Positions 25,031 through 32,000 of a stretch of 32,000 nucleotides of DNA are shown piece after piece; the first letter of the stretch is position 1, and the number at the start of each line of letters is the position of its first letter. Position numbers and translations under genes: made by a program. A model generated the notes under the pieces. It worked only from the letters and a program-made list of their open reading frames with translations, did no database searches and was not told the DNA's origin. Source of the DNA: Planctomycetales bacterium. Lineage in GTDB: Bacteria > 4484-113 > JAFGCY01. The stretch spans positions 150,001 to 182,000 of the forward strand of contig CP060262.1 of the NCBI GenBank assembly GCA_022646745.1. The letters are read 5' to 3'.

Positions 25031-25894
25031 TCAGCCCCTGCCTCCGAATGCAGCTACCCCAGCCGGAATCCCTGACTGGATCGAATTGTCAACTTCGACT
25101 GCCTCTTCCTGGCCTGCTTCCCCATCCCCACCGGCAGCGGAATCTTCCATCGTCTCGCCGGGGTGCAGGATCTCGCGGCCACCGCCCTTAACCATGTTGC
25201 TGATCTCCTGCGCATTGCGGATCACTGCAACTTCCATATAACGCTTGTCCAGGCCTTCGGCATCACGATAGCTTTCCGGGATGCCGTAGTAGAGCGAGCC
25301 TGTGATCTCCATCTGGGCCTGTGTCCTGTTATCGTTGACCAGCACCGTGCCTCTACCGCCACCGGCGGGGCTGATGATCTGGTCAATGGTGTAGAGCCGG
25401 CCCGAACTCTTGAGGTTCTCGAACACCGTCAGTACGTTGTCAAATCCGCCGATGACCCTGATCTTGAATGTGCTGGTGCGGATCTGCTGGATCGCGTTGA
25501 TGTCCAGTCCCTGTTCCTCGTAGCGTTCCTCGTCAGACTTTGAAAGCTGGCCGAGCCAGACACGATTGCCAGACTGCACGATTTCCAGCAGCTCCACATC
25601 GTGGACGGACAGTTCCCTGGCAATATGCCCAAAGAACTGCTCATCACTGATCTGGGTCGGAATGCTCTGCTTGTAGTAGTTGATCCGTTTCTTGAGGTCC
25701 GGCAGGCGGCCCTCATACTCGGTGATCTGGCTGCCCATCCAGTTGATGCTGCGCTCCTCCTCGACAAGCCGGGCCAGCTCAGCAGCCATTACCGCATTGT
25801 TGCGGTTGAGCGCAGCCTGGCCGACGAAGAAATAAAGCAGCAGGAGCACGGCACAGATCACGAACACGATTGCGATGCTGGTTGCGTCCTTCAT
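25031..25894 (-). CDS. pilO: PilO-like pilus assembly protein
   Basis: An N-terminal TM helix, a coiled-coil segment and a globular domain. It sits between pilN and the pilP-like gene, separated by 3-nt and 1-nt gaps. Confidence 0.7.
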   Translation of the reverse strand: MKDATSIAIVFVICAVLLLLYFFVGQAALNRNNAVMAAELARLVEEERSINWMGSQITEYEGRLPDLKKRINYYKQSIPTQISDEQFFGHIARELSVHDVELLEIVQSGNRVWLGQLSKSDEERYEEQGLDINAIQQIRTSTFKIRVIGGFDNVLTVFENLKSSGRLYTIDQIISPAGGGRGTVLVNDNRTQAQMEITGSLYYGIPESYRDAEGLDKRYMEVAVIRNAQEISNMVKGGGREILHPGETMEDSAAGGDGEAGQEEAVEVDNSIQSGIPAGVAAFGGRG

Positions 25895-25897
25895 TTC

Positions 25898-26785
25898 CTA
25901 GTTGCCTCCCCTGTTGTCCGAGCCGGTCACGCCCTCAGGCCCACCGACCACTCCATGCTCTTCAGGCGTACCTGTGGGGCTTGCACCGCCCTGCGATGTA
26001 CTGCCGCCCTGCGCTGCACTGCCGCCCTGTCCCGGAGCCATATCCGGCAGGGGATTCGTGTCCTTGAACAGCGCAAGCTGGTCATTGAGCACGCGGCTGC
26101 CTTCAATCGGCAGGGGCCGCTGTACTTCGGCGCGGATGATGAATTCGTAGTATTCGTGGTTCTGGTTACCGTCAAATGTTGTCGGCAACTCGAAGGTTCC
26201 GGCGATGCCAAGCAACTCGGAAAGGTTGCTGAGTTCCTGGCTGTCCAGCGAAGCGTTTGTCAACACGCAGTTGGCGAACACCGGATCCGTCTTCAGCCTG
26301 TTCAGTGTGTTCTGGATCTGTCCGAGGTCCTTGTTTGCAGTGCGGAATGTCATCGTGACGAAGGTCGGGCGCTTGGCATCAAGCACACTGACCGCGTTCA
26401 CATTCCCAGCGCGGACGTTGGAGATATCCGTCAGGTAAACCCTGTCCGGCAGGATCCCGGAAAGGTGGCTGAGCAGGACGGGAAGGTCTATGTAGTTGGT
26501 CGAGGCGATACCGATGATCTTCCCGTAGTTACCGACTGCGGCATCAATGCGCTGGAGCTGCTGGTAACCATCCTTGACGGACTGCAGGCTCTTGATGCTT
26601 CTCTCACGGTGATCGATGTCCTCCTTGTACTGCGCCAGCTGGTAGATGGACAGCGCAGCGGAGAGCAGGATCGTGAACATCGTGACAAGGATCAGCGCGA
26701 TGTTGATGATCAGCGCTGAACGAACTGCCGGCCCGGGCTGCAGCTCGGGTGGCAGGAGGTTGATTTCTATTCGTCTGTAGCTCAT
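25898..26785 (-). CDS. pilN: PilN pilus assembly protein with a C-terminal Gly/Ser/Gln-rich tail
   Basis: N-terminal MSYRRIEINLLPPEL (INLLP motif) followed by a TM helix. Its start abuts the pilM stop directly. Confidence 0.85.
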   Translation of the reverse strand: MSYRRIEINLLPPELQPGPAVRSALIINIALILVTMFTILLSAALSIYQLAQYKEDIDHRERSIKSLQSVKDGYQQLQRIDAAVGNYGKIIGIASTNYIDLPVLLSHLSGILPDRVYLTDISNVRAGNVNAVSVLDAKRPTFVTMTFRTANKDLGQIQNTLNRLKTDPVFANCVLTNASLDSQELSNLSELLGIAGTFELPTTFDGNQNHEYYEFIIRAEVQRPLPIEGSRVLNDQLALFKDTNPLPDMAPGQGGSAAQGGSTSQGGASPTGTPEEHGVVGGPEGVTGSDNRGGN

Positions 26786-27850
26786 TTATCCGATCCCCCT
26801 CAGCACGGATCCCAGTACCGGGGCGTAGACTCCACAGGCCGGGAATTCACGGCTGAAGCTTGTTTCGCAGATCACGTCCGGCATCCGCTCGAACTTGAGG
26901 TCAATCATCGGCAGGTGCAGCTGCATCCCGAGGATCGCCGGCAGGTTGGTCGGCCAGTAGCCGCTGCCAGCCAGGATCACCTTCGAGACATTGCCCTCCT
27001 GGCGCTTGATGTCGGTCAGGTAGAACTCAATTGAACGGCGGATCTCTCCGAGCATGCTGGTGACGTATTCGCCGGCCAGCGATAGGTGCTCGGTCGGCAC
27101 GGTGAAGTCCGTGTTTCCGAGGTCACGCCGTGCCATGTCATCGGGTGGCATGGTGCGGTTGAGGATCTCCCGCAGCTGCTGCTTACCCTGGCCAACCTTA
27201 CGCACGAGCTGGAGCTTGTTGTTCTCCATCAGCATCAGGTCGGTGGATGTGGTGTTGAAGTTCAGGATCAGCGTGATGCCGTCATTGAAGTCCACGCCCT
27301 GCAGCGCGGCCATCTTCAGCACGTTGACCTCCACGAGGTCGATTCCGATCAGCTCAAGCTTGGCTGATTCAAGCAGGTCGATGTAGGGGGCGACGGAGTT
27401 CTTCGGGATGGCGCAGCTGAGCACCGGCATCGTACCGCCGGGGCCCTTGTCCTTGCTGTCATCCAGCGGGAAGAAGTCGATCAGCTTCTCCACCGTGGAA
27501 TCAAGGTACAGGCGCTCCACCTCGAGGCGCACGATGCGCGACATCTCACGCTGGCTCATCACCGGCACGTCGATCACCCTGATCCAGGGGAACTTGACCG
27601 GGAAACTGATGATGGCCTTGCGGGTCTTGATGCGATGGCTGCGGATGGCCTCCTCGATCACGGGGCCAAGCGTCAGCGTGTTGTACTCGCCACCTTCCAG
27701 CATGTGCTGGGTGATGTCGATGACATCCATTGAACCGACATGGAATGTCTGGCCGGTGCGCTGGCCGTGGGCAAGGAACAGCTCTTCCTGCGTGAAGTGC
27801 AGGCCGATGATCCCTGAACCTACGTAGCGTTTCAAGCTAGCTTGTGACAA
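26786..27850 (-). CDS. pilM: PilM actin-like ATPase-fold pilus assembly protein
   Basis: 354 aa, immediately upstream of pilN. The fold pattern is actin/FtsA-like. The apparent start is TTG at 27848-27850, with no in-frame ATG until well inside the ORF. Confidence 0.8.
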   Translation of the reverse strand: MSQASLKRYVGSGIIGLHFTQEELFLAHGQRTGQTFHVGSMDVIDITQHMLEGGEYNTLTLGPVIEEAIRSHRIKTRKAIISFPVKFPWIRVIDVPVMSQREMSRIVRLEVERLYLDSTVEKLIDFFPLDDSKDKGPGGTMPVLSCAIPKNSVAPYIDLLESAKLELIGIDLVEVNVLKMAALQGVDFNDGITLILNFNTTSTDLMLMENNKLQLVRKVGQGKQQLREILNRTMPPDDMARRDLGNTDFTVPTEHLSLAGEYVTSMLGEIRRSIEFYLTDIKRQEGNVSKVILAGSGYWPTNLPAILGMQLHLPMIDLKFERMPDVICETSFSREFPACGVYAPVLGSVLRGIG

Positions 27851-27936
27851 TTTGAACCCCGTTTGCGCGCAAAGGACGCGCCCTTTGATCTGTGTGGCAT
27901 CACCGCCACACTCCTCCGCCTCGTTTTCTTATCGAA

Positions 27937-27966
27937 AGTATAAGGTAGTTATCAACGTCCTGTCAA
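27937..27966 (-). promoter_or_regulatory. Sigma70-type promoter for pilMNOPQ
   Basis: Minus strand reads TTGACA-18 nt-TATACT, placed just downstream of the pilin terminator and about 85 nt before the pilM start. Confidence 0.55.
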
Positions 27967-27977
27967 CAAATTCCCAC

Positions 27978-28013
27978 AAAAAAAAATCCCCAGGTGGCAA
28001 TGCCACCCGGGGA
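27978..28013 (-). terminator. Strong rho-independent terminator after the pilin gene
   Basis: Minus strand reads tccccgggtggc-att-gccacctgggga followed by T9. Confidence 0.9.
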
Positions 28014-28046
28014 AATTCTTCAGATCTGATAGTTCAGACCACCAGT

Positions 28047-28451
28047 TTACGGAATCTCGACGATTTCACCGGTCTCAGTCGCGGTGTAGTCGGGGATGTT
28101 CGTATCCAGGGTGGTGCAGAACGCAGTGAAGACCGGGCCAGCGCCGGTGGTGCCGATGGTGATTTCCGGCCCAAGAGCACCAGAACCAGTCTGGGCATCA
28201 ACGTAGTTACCTGCGGCAAGCGTGCCTTCGTCAGCTGCATACTCACCGTTGGCAGCGTAGTAGGCCTGCTGGGCGGAGACGAGGGAACGCAGGGAGTTGC
28301 GAGCCTTCTCACGGATGGCATTGCGACGGGCACCGAGCAGGATCGGGATCGCAATGGTGGCGATGATACCGATGATCGCGATGACGATCAGCAGCTCAAC
28401 AAGGGAGAAACCCTTGCGGTTCTTCAGACGATTCATGAAACGCTTGAACAT
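28047..28451 (-). CDS. pilA: Type IV pilin (prepilin with class III leader); probable major pilin
   Basis: MFKRFMNRLKNRKG|FSLVELLIVIAIIGIIATIAIP gives G-1, F+1 and E+5. The ATG at 28449-28451 is preceded by GGAGG. The listed upstream extension to 28538 overlaps pilC and is rejected. Confidence 0.85.
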   Translation of the reverse strand: MFKRFMNRLKNRKGFSLVELLIVIAIIGIIATIAIPILLGARRNAIREKARNSLRSLVSAQQAYYAANGEYAADEGTLAAGNYVDAQTGSGALGPEITIGTTGAGPVFTAFCTTLDTNIPDYTATETGEIVEIP

Positions 28452-28489
28452 GTGCGCCTCCAAAAACTTGATAGTAACGCCAGGTCCGC

Positions 28490-29725
28490 TCAGCCCATCT
28501 CCTGGATGATCTGAATGATCCTGAACAACGGCATCCACAGGGCGATCACGATGAAACCGATGATCCCGCCCAGGGTTCCGATCAAAACTGGTTCCAACAG
28601 TGCAGTAAGCTTCTGCACCATTGTTTCCACCTCGCGGGTGTAGAAGTCATTCACCTTCAGCAGCATCTGGTCCAGGGTACCGGACTCCTCTCCCACTGCA
28701 ACCATGGCAACCACCATGGGCGGGAACAGGGTCGGATAGTTCTCCATCGGACCGTTGATGTTGCGGCCCTCGCGGACCGCGCTCTTGATGTGGCTGAAGG
28801 CGCTCTCATAGATGCTGTTGAGCGAGGACTGCTCAACGATGCTGAGGGCCTTGAGGATCGGTACGCCCGCCGAAAGCATGGTCGAGAATACCTTTGATGT
28901 GCGTGAGAGGATGATCTTCTTCGTCAGGTCGCCGAACACCGGCAGGCGAAGCTTGATCATGTCGAGGGTCTGGCGACCGACCGGGAAGCTGGAGATCAGG
29001 TTCATGAGCCAGGGCATGCCGATGAACAGCGCCGCCAGCAGCCACCAGAAGTTCTTCATGAAGATCGCGACACCCATCACCACCTTGGTCATCACCGGCA
29101 GTTCAGCGTTCAGCGATTCGAAGATCGTGGCGAACTGCGGCACCACGAAGATCATCACGAATGACACCACGATCAGGGCTGCGCAGGCCACGATGATCGG
29201 GTAGCGCATGCCGGCTGAGATCTGCTGGCGCAGGGCCACTTCGGCCTCAAGCGTGCTGGCGAGATCCTCGAGGGTGGTGTCCAGCGTACCGGTCTCCTCA
29301 GCGGAGATCAGCAGGCTGATGATCATCGGGTTGAAGATCCGCGGGTACTTGGCCATCGCCGCGCTGAGCGGCAGGCCGGCTGCGACATCCGCCTTGATCT
29401 GCAGGAGGATATTGCGGAAGTATGGGTTCTTCGACTGCTGCTTGGCCAGGGTGTCCAGCGAACGTGTGATCGCGATACCGGCTCCAATCATTGCAGCAAG
29501 CTGCTTGGTGAAGATCGCCAGTTCATCGAGCTTGACGCGCTGGAAGAATCCGCCGCCGAACCCGCCCGCCATCACGTTCGTCTCGATCTCCTGTTCAACC
29601 AGGTCAAGCACGAACAGATTCTTGTTGCGAAGGGAATTCAGGGCGTCCACACGGCTGTCAGCAGTCACGGTTCCACTGGATGTGGCCCCGCTTGCTTCCC
29701 GCACTGTATAAGTGAAAACCGCCAT
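28490..29725 (-). CDS. pilC: Type IV pilus platform protein PilC (GspF family)
   Basis: 411 aa with two GspF-like repeats and 3 TM segments. ATG preceded by AAGGA. Confidence 0.9.
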   Translation of the reverse strand: MAVFTYTVREASGATSSGTVTADSRVDALNSLRNKNLFVLDLVEQEIETNVMAGGFGGGFFQRVKLDELAIFTKQLAAMIGAGIAITRSLDTLAKQQSKNPYFRNILLQIKADVAAGLPLSAAMAKYPRIFNPMIISLLISAEETGTLDTTLEDLASTLEAEVALRQQISAGMRYPIIVACAALIVVSFVMIFVVPQFATIFESLNAELPVMTKVVMGVAIFMKNFWWLLAALFIGMPWLMNLISSFPVGRQTLDMIKLRLPVFGDLTKKIILSRTSKVFSTMLSAGVPILKALSIVEQSSLNSIYESAFSHIKSAVREGRNINGPMENYPTLFPPMVVAMVAVGEESGTLDQMLLKVNDFYTREVETMVQKLTALLEPVLIGTLGGIIGFIVIALWMPLFRIIQIIQEMG

Positions 29726-29854
29726 TAAGTTCCTTATCCTTCCCTTCTTCTTCCTTCGTTAAATGATTGGCTCGCCAATCTTCCCTAACCATATAACTTA
29801 CCCACTTGCCGCTTGGGTAAAACGGCGAGTAAGCAAAGGTTAACAAACTATAGT

Positions 29855-29879
29855 GTACTAATATTCATATTCATAGTAC
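29855..29879. promoter_or_regulatory. Palindrome GTACTA-N13-TAGTAC in the AT-rich pilT-pilC intergenic region (candidate operator)
   Basis: A perfect 6-bp inverted repeat with an internal attcat direct repeat. Small hairpins are nearby (attggcgagccaat at about 29767; taccca..tgggta at about 29800). Confidence 0.35.
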
Positions 29880-29923
29880 CTGAAGTTAAATCAAAGTTCA
29901 ACTTTCGGCTACTAAACCGCAAT

Positions 29924-31213
29924 TTAACCAAGATTCTTGTCCAGATCCAGCGGGTTCGTCGCATGGGCCCGGGCCTCTTCCTTGGTGATCAGACCGGCAT
30001 TGACAAGCTCAAGCAGGGACATCGTCATGGTCTTCATGCCGCTGCCCTGCCCGGTCTCGATCGCATTGATGATCTGGTGCACCTTGCCTTCACGGATCAG
30101 GTTGCGCACCGCGGAGTTCGCGATCAGCAGCTCATAGGCCATCACACGCCCGCCGCCGATCTTGCGGCACAGGGTCTGGCAGAAGATGGCCTGCAGGCTG
30201 TTCGCCAGCTGCAGGCGGATCTGGGCCTGCTGGTGCGGCGGGAACACGTCAATGATGCGGTCAATCGTCTGCGCCGTGTCATTGGTGTGCAGGGTGCCGA
30301 ACACCAGGTGGCCGGTTTCCGCTGCGGTGATCGCAGTTGACATGGATTCGGTGTCACGCAGCTCGCCGACCAGGATCACATCCGGGTCCTGGCGCAGTAC
30401 GTGGCGCAGTGCGCGGGCGAAGGACTCGGTGTCCGAGCCCAGCTCGCGCTGGTTCACCACGCACTTCTTGTGGTCGTGCAGGAATTCGATCGGGTCCTCG
30501 ACCGTGATGATGTGCCCGCGGCGGTTCTCATTGATGTAGTCAATCATCGCCGCCAGGCTGGTGGTCTTACCGGAACCGGTCGGACCGGTGAACAGGATGA
30601 TTCCGCGTGGACGCAGGGCGAGGTCCTTGGCGATCGGCGGCAGGCCGAGTGCCTCGATGGACTTCTTCATGGTCGGCACGCTACGTACGACCGCACCGAC
30701 ACTGCCGCGCTGCATGAACACATTCACACGGAAACGGCCGACATTGAGCACGCTGTAGGCGAAATCGAACTCATGCTCGATCTCGAACACCTTGACCTGG
30801 TGCTCCTTCATCATGGAGTAGATCAGGCTCTTCAGGTCCGAGGGGCGGTACTTGGGAAGGTTGAGCGGGATCAGCTGGCCGTCGATGCGCACATGCGGCG
30901 GAGCGCCGGCGGTGAGGTGCAGGTCTGATGCACGGTGGTTGACCGCGTACACAAGCAGGTCGTGGATGGTGTGGTGCTCATCCAGCACACCGTCCGGCGT
31001 GGCCGGGCGGCTCGGTGCGTTGATGCCCGGGATGGCCTGCTTCTTCTCCTCCTCCTTGGTCGTCAGGCCGGAGGCAGCACTCATCTTCTCATGCTCGACC
31101 ATTGAAGGGCGCCCGGTATGGCGTTCCTCCACCTGGCCACGTTGCAGGTTGAGCCGGTCAAAACCACCCAGGCCGACCACTTCCTGCTCGTTCTGCACAT
31201 CCCGTTCTTCCAA
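29924..31213 (-). CDS. pilT: PilT-family type IV pilus retraction ATPase with an N-terminal extension of about 75 aa
   Basis: Walker A GPTGSGKTT, Asp/His boxes, and the PilT signature AVRNLIREGKVHQI. The start is uncertain: TTG 31213 (preceded by AGGGA), ATG 31102 or ATG 31084. Confidence 0.9.
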   Translation of the reverse strand: MEERDVQNEQEVVGLGGFDRLNLQRGQVEERHTGRPSMVEHEKMSAASGLTTKEEEKKQAIPGINAPSRPATPDGVLDEHHTIHDLLVYAVNHRASDLHLTAGAPPHVRIDGQLIPLNLPKYRPSDLKSLIYSMMKEHQVKVFEIEHEFDFAYSVLNVGRFRVNVFMQRGSVGAVVRSVPTMKKSIEALGLPPIAKDLALRPRGIILFTGPTGSGKTTSLAAMIDYINENRRGHIITVEDPIEFLHDHKKCVVNQRELGSDTESFARALRHVLRQDPDVILVGELRDTESMSTAITAAETGHLVFGTLHTNDTAQTIDRIIDVFPPHQQAQIRLQLANSLQAIFCQTLCRKIGGGRVMAYELLIANSAVRNLIREGKVHQIINAIETGQGSGMKTMTMSLLELVNAGLITKEEARAHATNPLDLDKNLG

Positions 31214-31249
31214 GGGTTCCCTGCCTTTGGCCCTCAGGCCTGATGGTTC

Positions 31250-32000
31250 CTAGTTGTACTTGCGGCCCCAACCCTCAGCGTTGACACCGTGCATCTCCAT
31301 GATGAACTTTGTCACGTAGGGGAAGTAAGGGGGCGCCTTGCCGGTCTGGAAGCGGTCGTCATAGGTGAAGTCCCACTCGTAGCCGGTCTTGTGGCCGTTG
31401 CTGTAGTACACGCCGGTGGTCTGGTTGCGGTTCTCGATCAGGCCGCCAGTCAGCTGCAACTTGCCCTTGTTCGGATAGTTGTAGACGTAGTTGTTGCCCT
31501 GGATGATGCCCTCGGCGCCGAGGCCGTGGTCATTGCTGACCGCCATCATAGAAGCATCGATGTTCAGGTTGTTCGGGCCATCCTGGCGCAGCATGATGTT
31601 GCCGCCTGCGCTGAAGATGCCGAGGATGTTGTCAGCATCCGGGTTGTCAGCCGGGTCAACCGCATAGGTGATGTGGCCGCCGATCTTGATGTCGCCGGTC
31701 GCACTGACCGTGATCTCGGAACCGGCCGCGATGTCCGGGCTGTTAACACTGCCATCGCCGGTCAGGTTGAGGATGCTGCCATTCACGTGGATCATGCCGT
31801 TCATCAGCTGCCCAATGGTCTTGACGAGCGTGCCGTTCTTCCAGATCTCAGTCTGGCCGGTGGCCGGGCTCTCACGGAACTTCCAGTTGTTGGTGCCGCC
31901 GAACAGGCCGGTGCCAGCCATTGAGATCTCCGTGACCTGGGCCGTGCCGTCGGTGGACAGCCTGATTGTGTTGGCATCACCGTTGATGAAGATGCCGCCG
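31250..32000 (-). CDS. C-terminal part of a larger Gly/Asn-rich, probably beta-helical, pilus-associated protein (5' end outside the window)
   Basis: The frame stays open to base 32000, upstream of the listed Met at 31921. The sequence is repetitive and G/N/I-rich and ends ...GYEWDFTYDDRFQTGKAPPYFPYV. It lies directly upstream of pilT on the same strand. Confidence 0.5.
   Translation of the reverse strand, partial: GGIFINGDANTIRLSTDGTAQVTEISMAGTGLFGGTNNWKFRESPATGQTEIWKNGTLVKTIGQLMNGMIHVNGSILNLTGDGSVNSPDIAAGSEITVSATGDIKIGGHITYAVDPADNPDADNILGIFSAGGNIMLRQDGPNNLNIDASMMAVSNDHGLGAEGIIQGNNYVYNYPNKGKLQLTGGLIENRNQTTGVYYSNGHKTGYEWDFTYDDRFQTGKAPPYFPYVTKFIMEMHGVNAEGWGRKYN

Noticed and set aside
25601-26719. 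372-aa plus-strand ORF; similar cases are 22597..23424, 29813..30340, 30401..30928 and 31289..31924
   Set aside because: They are antisense to pilN/pilO, pilQ, pilT and the beta-helix gene, all of which have motif or synteny support.
28452-28538. 29-aa N-terminal extension of the pilin ORF
   Set aside because: It overlaps the pilC 3' end. A GGAGG SD precedes the internal ATG at 28451, which gives a normal-length class III leader.
28452-28560. Sigma54 (-24/-12) promoter upstream of the pilin gene
   Set aside because: The only TGGC-containing stretch (ctggcgttactatcaagt) lacks the -12 TTGC element at the right spacing.

Overview
High-GC (about two-thirds GC by hand counts) bacterial chromosomal window, probably from an uncultivated diderm. 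There are no rRNA or tRNA genes, CRISPR arrays, transposases or integrases. Four blocks stand out. (1) A sharply low-GC islet (about 2380-5041, roughly one-third GC) carries three foreign-looking minus-strand ORFs: a 337-aa unknown, a 340-aa protein with a canonical PD-(D/E)xK nuclease motif, and a 71-aa acidic protein. The islet starts 2 nt after the stop codon of a high-GC MoxR-type AAA+ ATPase gene. This is my best candidate for an undescribed defence or conflict cassette. (2) A tandem array of four paralogous lipoprotein genes of about 855-870 aa lies at 7775-19061, with a fifth divergent fragment at 1-708. Each has a signal peptide with lipobox Cys, a conserved N-terminal beta-sandwich-like region, FN3, two PKD-like domains and a 7-repeat GNPAIAY propeller with degenerate Asp-box-like motifs. 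Each has its own promoter-like motif, and three are followed by related stem-loops. The genes are visibly mosaic: paralog 1 matches paralog 2 in its 5' half and paralog 4 in its 3' half. Two paralogous GyrI-like genes sit convergent to paralogs 3 and 4. (3) A type IV pilus cluster lies on the minus strand: a partial beta-helix-like protein, then pilT, pilC, pilin, pilM, pilN, pilO, a pilP-like gene and pilQ. (4) Housekeeping genes (EamA/DMT transporter, glutaryl-CoA dehydrogenase, a polytopic membrane protein) are separated by several families of repeated or palindromic intergenic elements. Many long ORFs in the supplied track are antisense or alternative-frame artefacts of the high GC content.
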